Shown here piece after piece: positions 1-9,588 of a DNA stretch of 64,000 nt. The stretch's first letter is position 1. Each line of letters starts with the position of its first letter. The notes under the pieces are model-generated. The model was not told where the DNA came from. It did no database searches and saw nothing but the letters and a program-made list of their open reading frames with translations. The stretch is from Armatimonadota bacterium (GTDB lineage: Bacteria > Armatimonadota > SYMT01). Where the stretch lies: assembly GCA_041690135.1 (NCBI GenBank), contig JAWLHY010000017.1:16544-80543 (forward strand), given 5' to 3'. The position numbers were made by a program, and so were the translations under genes.

Positions 1-1248
1 ATCCGGACTCCGAACCTCGACCGTCTCGCCCGGGAAGGGATGCGCTTCGACCGCGCCTTCCTGATGACGAGCTCTTGCAGTCCCAGCCGGGCGAGCATTC
101 TTACCGGTCGCTACCCGCACGCGACCGGCGCGCCGGAGCTGCACCAGCCGCTGCCTGCCTCGCAGGTGATGCTCTCGGAACCGCTCCGGGAAGCGGGCTA
201 CTACACTGCCTCTGCGGGGAAGTGGCACCTGGGCGGGCCCGCCAAGAGCAAGTGGGATCTCGTGCGCGAGGGAGGCGGTCCCAGCGGCTGCGAGCACTGG
301 CTGCCGGTGTTGCGGGAGCGGCCCAAGGAGAAGCCGTTCTTCCTCTGGCTGGCGGCCGTCGACCCACACCGCCAGTATCAGCCGGGCGCCATTTCACGGC
401 CCCACTCGCCGGAAGAGGTGGTAGTCCCTCCGTACCTGCCGGACACCGAATCAGTTCGCAGGGACCTGGCGCTCTACTACGACGAGATCGCGCGGATGGA
501 CGGCTTCATCGGGCAGGTGCTGGATGAGCTGGAGAAGCAGGATCTTGCGAAGAACACCTTCGTCCTGTTCCTCACCGACAATGGGCGCCCGTTCCCGCGC
601 TGCAAGACGACCCTGTACGACGACGGCATCCGCACTCCGTTCCTGGTCCGCTTCCCGGGCCGGGTGAAGCCGGGCAGCCAGAGCGATAGCCTGGTGAGTG
701 CGGTCGATATTGCGCCGACCGTGCTGGACCTGGCCGGCATCAAAGCCGCGCCGACGTTCCATGGCCGCAGCTTCGCCCGGCTGCTGGAGAACCCGAAGGC
801 CACGGTTCGCGAGTATGCGTTCGCGGAGCACAACTGGCACGACTACCGGGCCTTCGAGCGGGGTGCGCGTTCGCGACGGTTTACCTATATCCGCAACTGG
901 CTGCCCGAACTGCCGGGCACCCCGCCCGCCGACGCCGTGACGTCGCCGACGTATGCCGTCCTCCGTGAGTTGCGGGACCAGGGCAACCTCCCGCCCCAGC
1001 AGCGCAGCATCTTCGTTACTCCGCGCCCGGCGGAGGAGTTGTACGACCTCGAGGCCGACCCGCACTCCTTCAAGAACCTCGCCGGCGATCCGAAGTACTC
1101 CGGCGTACTGGATAAGCACCGGAAGGCGCTGGACCACTGGCGCGAGGAGACGGGCGACACCTTCGACCGGGAGCGCCTCACTCCCGACGGTTTCGATCGC
1201 GAAACGGGGGCGCGTAAGCTTCCTCGTGGAAAGGCCCGACCGGAGTAA
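1..1248 (+). CDS. Sulfatase family protein (arylsulfatase-like), 5'-partial at window edge
   Basis: Frame 1 is open from nt 1 (IRTPNLDRLAREGMRFDRAF...). It carries the sulfatase signature CSPSRASILTGRYP (C-x-P-x-R with the Cys to be modified to formylglycine) and a GKWHLG motif. The stop is at 1246-1248. Confidence 0.85.
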   Translation: MRTPNLDRLAREGMRFDRAFLMTSSCSPSRASILTGRYPHATGAPELHQPLPASQVMLSEPLREAGYYTASAGKWHLGGPAKSKWDLVREGGGPSGCEHWLPVLRERPKEKPFFLWLAAVDPHRQYQPGAISRPHSPEEVVVPPYLPDTESVRRDLALYYDEIARMDGFIGQVLDELEKQDLAKNTFVLFLTDNGRPFPRCKTTLYDDGIRTPFLVRFPGRVKPGSQSDSLVSAVDIAPTVLDLAGIKAAPTFHGRSFARLLENPKATVREYAFAEHNWHDYRAFERGARSRRFTYIRNWLPELPGTPPADAVTSPTYAVLRELRDQGNLPPQQRSIFVTPRPAEELYDLEADPHSFKNLAGDPKYSGVLDKHRKALDHWREETGDTFDRERLTPDGFDRETGARKLPRGKARPE

Positions 1249-1249
1249 G

Positions 1250-2866
1250 ATGAAGACTTTCACCACTCTTCAACGCTGGATCGGATCGGGCGCGCTGCGC
1301 AAGCACCATCCGCTCCCAACCGACCTCCATCCTTCCACACTCCCATACTCCCGCTCGCAGAGCGCCTCTGGACGCGGGTGGAAGGTCGCCGTAGCGGTCC
1401 TGCTTTCCCTCGGCGTGGGCGCGACCACCTCCGCCCACCGGGTGGAAGCGCAGGCCCCGAAACGCCTGAATGTCCTGATGATTGCCGTCGATGACCTGAA
1501 GCCGACCCTCGGCTGCTACGACAACTCGCTGGCGATCACGCCCAGCATCGACCGGCTCGCCGCCCGGGGGATGGTCTTCAACCGGGCCTACTGCCAGCAG
1601 GCGGTCTGCTCTCCCTCGCGCAACTCGCTGCTCACGGGCCGGCGTCCCGACACGATCAAGATCTACGACCTCGCGACGCACTTCCGGACCACCCTGCCGG
1701 ACGTGGTCACGCTGCCCCAGCACTTCAAGCAGCAGGGCTACCACAGCGAGGGAATGGGCAAGATCTACCACGTGGGGCACGGCAACTACGACGACGTCCA
1801 TTCCTGGAGCATCCCCTCCTGGCCCCCGAACCGCCGGGGACCGCTGCCGAAGAAGCCGGCTGTTTCGGAGTGCCAGGCGCGGCAGCCGAAGCCCCAGCCG
1901 CGGCGGCCCACGCGCGAGGAGCGGGGCCCGGCCTACGCCGCGCCGGACGTGCCGGATAACGGTTTGTTCGACGGCAAGCTGGCGGACCACGCCGTCGAGC
2001 GTCTCCGGATGCTGAAAGGCCAGGAGAAACCGTTCTTCATGGCGGTCGGCTTCCAAAAGCCGCACCTGCCGTTCATCGCCCCGAAGAGGTACTGGGACCT
2101 TTACGACCCGGCGAAAATCCGGCTTTCATCCACCCGGGAGATTCCCGCGGAGGCGCCTGGATTTGCGGGGAACGGGTCCGGCGAGCTCCGGACCTACGAC
2201 GGTACGCCGCTGAAGGGACCCGTTCCGGACGAGATGGCACGGACCCTGATTCACGGCTACTATGCTTGCGTCAGCTATATGGATGCGCAGGTCGGTAGGA
2301 TCCTGGAAGAGCTGGACCGATTGGGTTTGCGGGAGACCACCGTGGTGGCGCTATGGGGCGACCACGGCTGGCACCTGGGCGATCACGGCCTCTGGGCCAA
2401 GCACACGAACTTCGAGCAGGCGACGCGCGCCCCACTGATCGTGAGTGCGCCCGGAATGCGGGCCGCAGGGAAGAAGACGGACGCCCTGGTGGAGTTCGTG
2501 GACCTCTACCCATCCCTGTGCGAACTCGCGGGAGTGCCGGCATCGGACGGTCTCGAAGGGACGAGCTTTAAGCCACTGCTGGATCGGCCGCAGCAGCGCT
2601 GGAAGACGGCGGCCTTCAGTCAGTACCCGCGCGGGATTCCGATGCAGGGGTCCGGCATGGGGCACTCCATTCGCACGGACCGCTACCGGTTGACGGAATG
2701 GACCGTCCCCGGCAAAGGTTTCAGTGCGGTGGAGCTGTACGACTACCAGGCGGATCCGGAGGAGACGGCGAACCTCGCTGGACGGGCGGAGCACGCGGCG
2801 CTCGTAGCGGAGTTGAAACGGAAGCTGCGCCAGCCCTGGCAGACCTTCTTACCAAAGCCCAATTGA
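1250..2866 (+). CDS. Sulfatase family protein (iduronate-2-sulfatase-like) with N-terminal signal peptide
   Basis: ATG at 1250 lies 1 nt after the upstream stop (MKTFTTLQRW...). It has a hydrophobic signal segment, the sulfatase signature CSPSRNSLLTGRRPD, and a GDHGW metal-binding region. The ORF-track start at 953 is an in-frame read-through of the upstream gene. Confidence 0.85.
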   Translation: MKTFTTLQRWIGSGALRKHHPLPTDLHPSTLPYSRSQSASGRGWKVAVAVLLSLGVGATTSAHRVEAQAPKRLNVLMIAVDDLKPTLGCYDNSLAITPSIDRLAARGMVFNRAYCQQAVCSPSRNSLLTGRRPDTIKIYDLATHFRTTLPDVVTLPQHFKQQGYHSEGMGKIYHVGHGNYDDVHSWSIPSWPPNRRGPLPKKPAVSECQARQPKPQPRRPTREERGPAYAAPDVPDNGLFDGKLADHAVERLRMLKGQEKPFFMAVGFQKPHLPFIAPKRYWDLYDPAKIRLSSTREIPAEAPGFAGNGSGELRTYDGTPLKGPVPDEMARTLIHGYYACVSYMDAQVGRILEELDRLGLRETTVVALWGDHGWHLGDHGLWAKHTNFEQATRAPLIVSAPGMRAAGKKTDALVEFVDLYPSLCELAGVPASDGLEGTSFKPLLDRPQQRWKTAAFSQYPRGIPMQGSGMGHSIRTDRYRLTEWTVPGKGFSAVELYDYQADPEETANLAGRAEHAALVAELKRKLRQPWQTFLPKPN

Positions 2867-2941
2867 CGCGGGTCTGCGCGTGGGGAAGTCCACCCTGCAT
2901 CTTCCCGATCAACCCGCCATAAATCCGTAGAAGTAACAGGT

Positions 2942-4045
2942 ATGGGGATGCTTCCCCGCCTGAGGAGCTGCACGATGGACTGGATTCTGCCTATTCTCGG
3001 CGTGCTTGGCGCCGTCTTTCTCGTGATCCTGTTGTTGATCGCCGTCGCCATATTCGCCTTCCGCCGGAAGCTGAAGAACGCAATGGCGGGCTTGTCGGAC
3101 CTCAAGTACTCCGTCGTGCCCCGGCGCCTCCACCTGGTTCCCGTGGATCATATCGAGTGGAAGGACCCGGAGCGCGCCCGCGCGGAGACGTCCCAGTTGA
3201 CGGCTCTTGGATTCCAGCCCGCCGGCTCCTACAACGTGGAGGAGATGGACTTCCTGCGGATCGAGGCCTTCGCCCGCCCCGGTGACTATCTGTACGCGGC
3301 CGTCTACGAACACGACAAGGCGGGGATCTGGACGGACCTCGTCTGCCGCTACCAGGACGACACCAGCCTGACCGTTACCAACAACCGGGAAGGCAGCGAG
3401 ATGGACCAGCGCCCCGGCCACGGCAACATCTACGATCCGGGCGCCAGCGTGGAGAAAATCTATCAACGGATCCTGCAGGAGCGGCCGAACCGGGCGATGC
3501 TGCCCGTGTCGGCGGCGGAGTTCAAGCCGGTCTTCGAGAAAGCTTACGCCGATAGTATGGACTGGCGGAATAGCCGCGGGGGCGCCACGGAAGACGAGAT
3601 CCGGGCGATCATGGCCGCGACGGGTCAGGAAGTCGACGAAGAGACGGTCGCGGAGATCCGCAAGGCCAAGGAGAACGAGGCCTTCAGCAACATGCAGGAG
3701 ACCCTGCGGGAGAAGTTCGAAGAGGAGACCTCTCTCTCAGTCCCCGAATGGGAGCGTGTCCGCGATCGCCTGCTGTTTATTTACGACGGCCCGTCTCCGG
3801 AGTTGATAGCGGAGATGTTCTTGTCCAGCCGGGTGGATGCGGATGAGGAGTTCGACTACGACGCTGAACTGGAGCGCGCCCGTGCCACGGTGGAACAGGC
3901 CGGGTCGGCCCGGGCGGGGTTTGCCGCCCTGGTGGCGCCGCTGACCGGAGACCGCGCCTACGAACGGCTCGGCACGGTCTCCGGTGCGGTGGTCGCCGAC
4001 GTTTGGGTCCAGCCGGATCCGGAGTTCGACGTAGAAGACGAGTAG
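2942..4045 (+). CDS. Hypothetical membrane-anchored protein with a single N-terminal TM helix and an acidic C-terminus
   Basis: A 367-aa ORF. A TM helix (ILPILGVLGAVFLVILLLIAVAIFAF) follows MDW; an alternative start is at 2975. The rest is a charged soluble domain ending EFDVEDE. I could assign no family. Confidence 0.5.
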   Translation: MGMLPRLRSCTMDWILPILGVLGAVFLVILLLIAVAIFAFRRKLKNAMAGLSDLKYSVVPRRLHLVPVDHIEWKDPERARAETSQLTALGFQPAGSYNVEEMDFLRIEAFARPGDYLYAAVYEHDKAGIWTDLVCRYQDDTSLTVTNNREGSEMDQRPGHGNIYDPGASVEKIYQRILQERPNRAMLPVSAAEFKPVFEKAYADSMDWRNSRGGATEDEIRAIMAATGQEVDEETVAEIRKAKENEAFSNMQETLREKFEEETSLSVPEWERVRDRLLFIYDGPSPELIAEMFLSSRVDADEEFDYDAELERARATVEQAGSARAGFAALVAPLTGDRAYERLGTVSGAVVADVWVQPDPEFDVEDE

Positions 4046-4063
4046 AAGACGAGCAGAAGACGA
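4031..4063. repeat. Tandem 11-bp repeat (g[t/c]agaagacga x3) spanning the stop codon of the 2942..4045 gene
   Basis: Sequence gtagaagacga gtagaagacga gcagaagacga. The first copy encodes the C-terminal VEDE, and the stop is the TAG of the second copy. Confidence 0.6.
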
Positions 4064-4077
4064 AGGATAGCCCGGTT

Positions 4078-5055
4078 CTACTCCAGCACCAGCGAGTTGG
4101 ACAGGGCGTTTCCGAAGTTCTGGAAGTCCTTGAAGCTCCACACGACTTTCTTGTCGCGGGTGACTTCCACGATCTGCGGGTTCTCCGGCCCGGCGTGGCA
4201 GTTGCCCAGCACGATGTTGCCGTTTTTCAGGACCTGCAGCGTGGTCACCCAGGCGAGGGTGACTCCGGGCAGGTCCTTCTGGTGCAGGCTCCAGACGATC
4301 TCTTTCCCCGGGGTCACCTCAATCACGCTGTGGCCGTTCCCGGTGGTGATCAGCGTGTTCCCGTTGGGAAGGCGGAGCGCGGCGAAGCATTGGTTCCCCC
4401 AGGCCTCGGGTCCGTGACCGCCCCGCGGCGCCCGGTCGAACAGGGGCACCGCGTATTCCCACACCACTTTCCCGCTGCCGTCATACTCGCGCACGGCGCC
4501 GTCGCGCTCGTGGCACACCAGGTAATGGCCGTTGTCCAGCTTGCGGGCGAGCCGGGTATCGGAGTGGGCATCCGGGTGGTTCACCTTCAGCTTGATCTCT
4601 TTTCGCACCTTCCCTTCCCGATCCACTTCCAGGATGCGCGCCGGCCCGGACTCGACGACCATCGTGGAGCCTTCGTTGAGACGCTGGAATGCGTGCACTT
4701 CGACACGCTTCCCATCGTTGCCGTTCATCCGGCCCGCGTCGTAGTTCCACACCACCTGGTCCGTGCGGGGATCGACTTCCACCAGTTGGGTGAAGGAACG
4801 CTGGAATAGAATATTCCCGTTCGGCAGCCGGTGCAGGTCGTGGATATTGTCGATCCGGTGCTGCCACTCGATTTTGCCGTCCGGCCCCAGGATCGCGATC
4901 CGCTTGGTGCTGTAGTCCGCCGCCAGCACCCGCCGCCTGGGGCTCTCCTGCGCTTCCGCACGAGCTATCATACCTGCGGAACCCGCCATCGCTAGCAGGC
5001 CCAGAAAACTTCGTCGTTGCATGGTCACTCCCGTCTGCCGCTCCTTCAGGAGCAT
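4078..5055 (-). CDS. Secreted beta-propeller protein, arylsulfotransferase (ASST)-like / PQQ-like repeat
   Basis: Tat-like signal RRSFLGLLAMAGSAGM. Repeated ~45-aa blades carry GxVVW / LPNGN / HD motifs (NIHDLHRLPNGNILF, LRLPNGNTLITTGNGHSVIEV). The family assignment is by motif resemblance only. Confidence 0.55.
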   Translation of the reverse strand: MLLKERQTGVTMQRRSFLGLLAMAGSAGMIARAEAQESPRRRVLAADYSTKRIAILGPDGKIEWQHRIDNIHDLHRLPNGNILFQRSFTQLVEVDPRTDQVVWNYDAGRMNGNDGKRVEVHAFQRLNEGSTMVVESGPARILEVDREGKVRKEIKLKVNHPDAHSDTRLARKLDNGHYLVCHERDGAVREYDGSGKVVWEYAVPLFDRAPRGGHGPEAWGNQCFAALRLPNGNTLITTGNGHSVIEVTPGKEIVWSLHQKDLPGVTLAWVTTLQVLKNGNIVLGNCHAGPENPQIVEVTRDKKVVWSFKDFQNFGNALSNSLVLE

Positions 5056-5166
5056 CTCGAGCTCACTCTGATCAAAGGGGCAGGCCAGGGCGAGTGCATA
5101 CCGCCATAACCTGCCCCCCTTTGCTCTTCTTTGCGGTTTCGCGTATCAGCGCGAGACTGCGCGGAT

Positions 5167-6720
5167 TTACTCGTCCGCCTCGCCTCCCGCTTTCGGCTCG
5201 GTCAGCCAGAAGCTGGCGACGAAGCCGGCCAGGTAAACGACGAGGGCCACGAGTGCCGCCGACACCGCCAGGCGGGCGGGAGCGCTGTCGCCAGGAACCA
5301 TCGTTTCCAACCGGGTGGTGACGAGTGCCGCTGAAGTCCCGATCAGGCGCCCGCCGATGTTGGCCGCGAAGCTCTCACCGGTGCCCCGGAGGTGGACCGG
5401 GTAGACCCGGGGCAGGTAGTTCCCCCAGAAGCTGAACTGCGCCACCGTAAACAGGCCGGCCAGGAATACGCCCCACTGGAACAACTCGAGATCGTTCCGA
5501 CCGGGGAAGTAGAACACCAGCGGAATGATAAGCAGGCCGGGGATCTGGAAGACCCGCAGGAGGGTGCGCCGGCTGACGATGATCACGGCCAGGAAGGCCA
5601 GGATGATGCGCCCAACCAGGCCCCCCATCTCCTGGCGGAACTGCACTTCGCTGACCATGGTCTGGGTGGAGCCGCGCACCTTGGCGGCGGCCGCCGGGAG
5701 CTTCTCGATGATGGCATCGACCTGGGCAGGCTCCAGGGCGGCTAGTTGGGGGATAGCGCGTACTGCATCGGCTCGCTGGGCGGGCGGCTTCCGGGCCGCC
5801 TCGGCCAGCTGGCGCATGGCGGGGCCGGCCTGCTCGCGCGGCAGTGCGGCAACTTCAGGGATCGATTCCCGCATGATGCTGCGGGATTGGGCGACGACTT
5901 CCGGAAGGCCCGGCACGATGCGCGGGATCTGCTGGATGGCGCCGAAGGCCGCCGCATAGCCGCACGCCATGATGATCGTGGAGACGATCGTGGTGCGGCG
6001 CAGGGCCGGCTGGAAGATCTCGCCCAGGCTGGGGCGGCGCAGGGTGCCGGCGGCCTTCTTCTGCTGCCAGACCGGGGATTCCGGCAGGAAGGGGCGGATG
6101 ATGATCAGCGGAATGGCGGGGATAACGCCCGAGATCAGGGTGTACCGCCAGGCGTCGTGCGCGCCGTGAATGGGGGGGAGGGCCTCCGCGTAGCGCACGC
6201 TGAGGTAGTAGGCCGTGGTAACCAGGACGCCTCCCAACGAGGAGAAGGCCTGGGTCCAGCCGAGGATGGCTTCCTTCTGCTTGGGATCGTGGAACAGTTC
6301 GGCCAGCCAGGCCACCGCGGCTACGAACTCCACACACACCCCGATGAACGTCGTGGTGCGGAAGAAAAGGAGCATTTCCAGTGACTGCGCGAAGCCCGCC
6401 GCAAAGGCCGAGCCGGCGTAGAGGAGAATACTCCAGGTAAGGACGCGGCGGCGACCGAACCAGTCGGTGAGGTAGCCCCCAAGGAGGCCGAAGATCCCGC
6501 CGAATAAAGCGGGAACGTAGAAGAAGGCGGCCACCCAATCGAGGAACGCCTGCGAGCCCGGTTGAAGGCCGCCCATCTGGGTGAGAGCGGGCGGCACTAC
6601 CAGCGGAGCCATCAGCAACTCGTAGATGTCAAAGGCGAATCCGATGGAGGCGATGGTGCAGATCAGCCACTGGGTCGGGGTCAGGCGGAGGCGGCCCGGG
6701 TTGCCGGATTGTTCACTCAT
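5167..6720 (-). CDS. MFS transporter with a large central cytoplasmic loop
   Basis: 517 aa with multiple hydrophobic helices and an MFS-type N-terminal half (LICTIASIGFAFDIYELLMAPLV). A ~130-aa hydrophilic insert (QQKKAAG...RQEMGG) separates the two 6-TM halves. Confidence 0.8.
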   Translation of the reverse strand: MSEQSGNPGRLRLTPTQWLICTIASIGFAFDIYELLMAPLVVPPALTQMGGLQPGSQAFLDWVAAFFYVPALFGGIFGLLGGYLTDWFGRRRVLTWSILLYAGSAFAAGFAQSLEMLLFFRTTTFIGVCVEFVAAVAWLAELFHDPKQKEAILGWTQAFSSLGGVLVTTAYYLSVRYAEALPPIHGAHDAWRYTLISGVIPAIPLIIIRPFLPESPVWQQKKAAGTLRRPSLGEIFQPALRRTTIVSTIIMACGYAAAFGAIQQIPRIVPGLPEVVAQSRSIMRESIPEVAALPREQAGPAMRQLAEAARKPPAQRADAVRAIPQLAALEPAQVDAIIEKLPAAAAKVRGSTQTMVSEVQFRQEMGGLVGRIILAFLAVIIVSRRTLLRVFQIPGLLIIPLVFYFPGRNDLELFQWGVFLAGLFTVAQFSFWGNYLPRVYPVHLRGTGESFAANIGGRLIGTSAALVTTRLETMVPGDSAPARLAVSAALVALVVYLAGFVASFWLTEPKAGGEADE

Positions 6721-7028
6721 GTCCGTTTCGTGCTTTCTTCCTCGCTGGGAGCGGCCCCGCCAGGGCGACGGTCTCCGCCCGCCGGAAGCGTGGGTGCTCG
6801 CTTCCGGTGCGGCCCTCTCCGAACATCGCCGCCCCTGCGGCGGCGGAAATCTGGATCAAAACTGTAAAGCGGTAAAGAGGGCTCGCAATAGAGAATGTCC
6901 TAGGCGCACCCCCGACTCTCCTGCATGCCGGGCCGCCCCTGTTGACGGAATAGCAGAAATGCTACATCTGCTGCCCGCCCGGGCAGCAGCCGGGGCGCAG
7001 GGGGGCCGGGGGTGGTCTGTCCAATCTA

Positions 7029-7781
7029 ATGACAGCATTGCCGATTCGAGAAAGGTGGGATGGGATGAGAACGTGGCTCCTGCGCCTGGGCACCGGCGGT
7101 GCCGCCGTGGCGGCAGCACTGACCCTGGCGTCCGCATCGGGCACCCCTTCGGCCGCCCAGGATGGCCGGCTGGAGGTGTTGTTCAACGGTAAGAACCTCG
7201 ACGGCTGGTACACCTACATTCCCGACCACGGGAAGAACAGTGATCCGCTCGGCATCTTCAAGGTCGAAGATGGCGTGATCCATGTCAGCGGTCAGAAGTT
7301 CGGCTACATCTCCACCGAAAAGGAATACAGCAACTACCGTATGAGCCTGGAGTTCAAGTGGGGGCAGAAGAAGTGGCCGCCACGTGAGAACGCCGTCCGG
7401 GACGCCGGGCTGCTGTATCACTGCAACGGAGACGATATGGTGTGGGCCAACTGCCTGGAGTTACAGATCCAGGAGAAGGACACGGGCGATATGTGGTTGA
7501 TTCCCGGCAAGGAAAAGAGCCCCTCGGTCCAGGTGCTGGGGCAATCTTACGGCGGGGATGAGAAATACAACCGGGTGGTGAAGTGGGCCGACCACGAGAA
7601 ACCACACGGGGAATGGAATAAGGTCACGGTGGTCGCCCGGGGCAACCGCTTCGAACACTGGGTGAACGGCAAGTGCAACCTGCGCGGTGTCAATGCCAGC
7701 CTTACGAAAGGTCGCATCCAGCTCCAGTCGGAAGGGGCCGAGCTCTACTATCGCAACATCGTGCTGGAGCACCTTGATTGA
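7029..7781 (+). CDS. DUF1080 (3-keto-disaccharide hydrolase / LamG-like jelly-roll) family protein, secreted
   Basis: Signal peptide with an alternative start at 7065 (MRTWLLRLGTGGAAVAAALTLASA). Family-typical motifs NGKNLDGW, GYISTEKEYSNY, LEFKW and IQLQSEGAELYYRNI. Placing this in DUF1080 is from family knowledge. Confidence 0.75.
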   Translation: MTALPIRERWDGMRTWLLRLGTGGAAVAAALTLASASGTPSAAQDGRLEVLFNGKNLDGWYTYIPDHGKNSDPLGIFKVEDGVIHVSGQKFGYISTEKEYSNYRMSLEFKWGQKKWPPRENAVRDAGLLYHCNGDDMVWANCLELQIQEKDTGDMWLIPGKEKSPSVQVLGQSYGGDEKYNRVVKWADHEKPHGEWNKVTVVARGNRFEHWVNGKCNLRGVNASLTKGRIQLQSEGAELYYRNIVLEHLD

Positions 7782-7889
7782 GGCGACCGGCTGAGAATTC
7801 GTGACGGAGAGAAGCTCCCGGCAACCTCGGCTTGTCGGGAACGTCCTAACGGATAAACCGGAGTCCAGCTAACATCCAGAAGTTGCTAC

Positions 7890-9572
7890 ATGCGAGTGCC
7901 ACGTAATCGACCTAGTCTGAACCTACTTCGACGTGACCGGTGGCCGATCTATACCGCAATCATCGCGGCGGGATTGATACCGGTTGCCGTCGCGGTATCG
8001 GACCGCCCCGTCGCCGCTGCCCAGGCCGCGCAGTCCCAGCCGTCGACCCTGATCAATCAGTGGGTCGAGCGCCGGTGGTCGGCAAAACAGGTGAGCCCCG
8101 CTCCGGGGGTGGATGACCGCGCCTTCGCGCGGCGGGTTTACCTGGATCTCGCCGGGCGCATTCCGACTCCCAGTGAGGTCGATTCGTTTGTTGCCGATCC
8201 GGGTGATGACCGCCGGCCAAAGCTGGTGGACCGTCTGCTCGCCTCCCCGGAATACGCGCAGCGGATGCGGGACGTCTTCGACGTGGTCTTTATCGGACGG
8301 AAGCCGGAGGGTCAGCGCCGGCGCCGCGCTCCTAACCCCGAAGGTCTGCGGGGGGAGTGGCTGGCATATCTGGAGCGCTCCTTTGCCGAAAACCGGCCCT
8401 GGGACCGGATGCTTCAGGACATGCTGCTCTCCCGGCCGGAAACCCCTGCCGAAAAGGGTGCCGTCTGGTTCCTGTTCTCCCGCCAGGACAAGTATCAGGA
8501 TATCGCGGAGGCGGTTTCGCCCTCGGTGTTCGGTGTCCAGATCCAGTGCGCCCAGTGCCACGACCACCCGCTGGCGGAGGAGATCAAGCAGAGCCACTAC
8601 TGGGGCCTGGTCGCCTTCTTCAACCGCGGTAAGAACCGGATGACGAAGCAGGGACCGCGAGTGGCGGAGTCGGCTATCGGCGGCTTTGCCAACTTCGCGA
8701 ACCTGTCCGGAGAGAGTCAGCCGGCACAACTGGTCTTCCTGGGTGCCCCCAAGATCGACGAGACCCGGCCGCCGGATGGGGCCAAGGAACAGGACTCTCC
8801 AGACCTGTATGAGCCCAGGTCCGAGGGCGCTCCCTCCGATGAGCCGCCCGTGCCGAAATTCTCCCGCCGGGCTCGGTTTGTGGAGCAGGTGGTCAATGGC
8901 AACCGCCTGGTGGCGCGGGCGGCGGTGAACCGCTTCTGGGCACTGCTGATGGGCCGGGGGCTGGTCCACCCGGTCGACAAGATGGACTCCCAGCACCCGG
9001 CGTCGCACCCGGAGTTACTCGATGATCTGGCTCGAGACTTCGAGGCAAGCGGGTTCGATGTGAAGCGCCTGGTGCGTGCCATCGTACTATCCCGCCCCTA
9101 CCAACTCGACTCCCACCCGGTCGCGGGAGCACAACCGGAACTGTTCGCCAACGGGCTGGAGAAGCCGCTCACTGCGGAAGTGCTGCACCGCTCTCTGCTA
9201 GTTGCCGCCACCGGAAAGGTGGACGCAGCCAACCCGGAACTACGCGCGGAGTTGATCGAGGCTTTCCCGGACGTCTTCCCGGAGGAGAACCTCTCCTCGC
9301 TGCCGCAGACGATGTTCATGACCAACAGCCCGCTCATCCAACAGTTGGTGCGCCCCGGCGGAGGCAACACCGCGGAGCGATTGGCGGCGATTGCCGATCC
9401 CGCGCAGCGCGTGCGGGAGGCGTTCCGTATCGCTTACCACCGAGAACCCGCTCCCGATGAGCTGAAGGAGACGATCGCCTACCTCACCGCCCGCAAAGAC
9501 CGGCCTCAACAGGCCACTACCCAACTCTGGTGGGCGCTTCTGGCGGGCGCGGAATTCCGCTTCAACCATTAA
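7890..9572 (+). CDS. DUF1549/DUF1553 (PSCyt2/PSD1) domain protein
   Basis: QIQCAQCHDHPLAE, the characteristic CxxCHDH motif of DUF1549, with the long DUF1553-type C-terminal region. The N-terminus has a TM/signal segment (IYTAIIAAGLIPVAVAV). Confidence 0.85.
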   Translation: MRVPRNRPSLNLLRRDRWPIYTAIIAAGLIPVAVAVSDRPVAAAQAAQSQPSTLINQWVERRWSAKQVSPAPGVDDRAFARRVYLDLAGRIPTPSEVDSFVADPGDDRRPKLVDRLLASPEYAQRMRDVFDVVFIGRKPEGQRRRRAPNPEGLRGEWLAYLERSFAENRPWDRMLQDMLLSRPETPAEKGAVWFLFSRQDKYQDIAEAVSPSVFGVQIQCAQCHDHPLAEEIKQSHYWGLVAFFNRGKNRMTKQGPRVAESAIGGFANFANLSGESQPAQLVFLGAPKIDETRPPDGAKEQDSPDLYEPRSEGAPSDEPPVPKFSRRARFVEQVVNGNRLVARAAVNRFWALLMGRGLVHPVDKMDSQHPASHPELLDDLARDFEASGFDVKRLVRAIVLSRPYQLDSHPVAGAQPELFANGLEKPLTAEVLHRSLLVAATGKVDAANPELRAELIEAFPDVFPEENLSSLPQTMFMTNSPLIQQLVRPGGGNTAERLAAIADPAQRVREAFRIAYHREPAPDELKETIAYLTARKDRPQQATTQLWWALLAGAEFRFNH

Positions 9573-9588
9573 CCCGAGGCTTTAGTCC

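Noticed and set aside
451-2065. Long antisense ORFs (451..1266 -, 1178..2065 -, 885..1181 -) opposite the two sulfatase genes
   Set aside because: High-GC DNA produces long stop-free antisense frames. The sense-strand products carry clear sulfatase signatures and the antisense products are low-complexity Arg/Ala/Pro-rich with no motifs.
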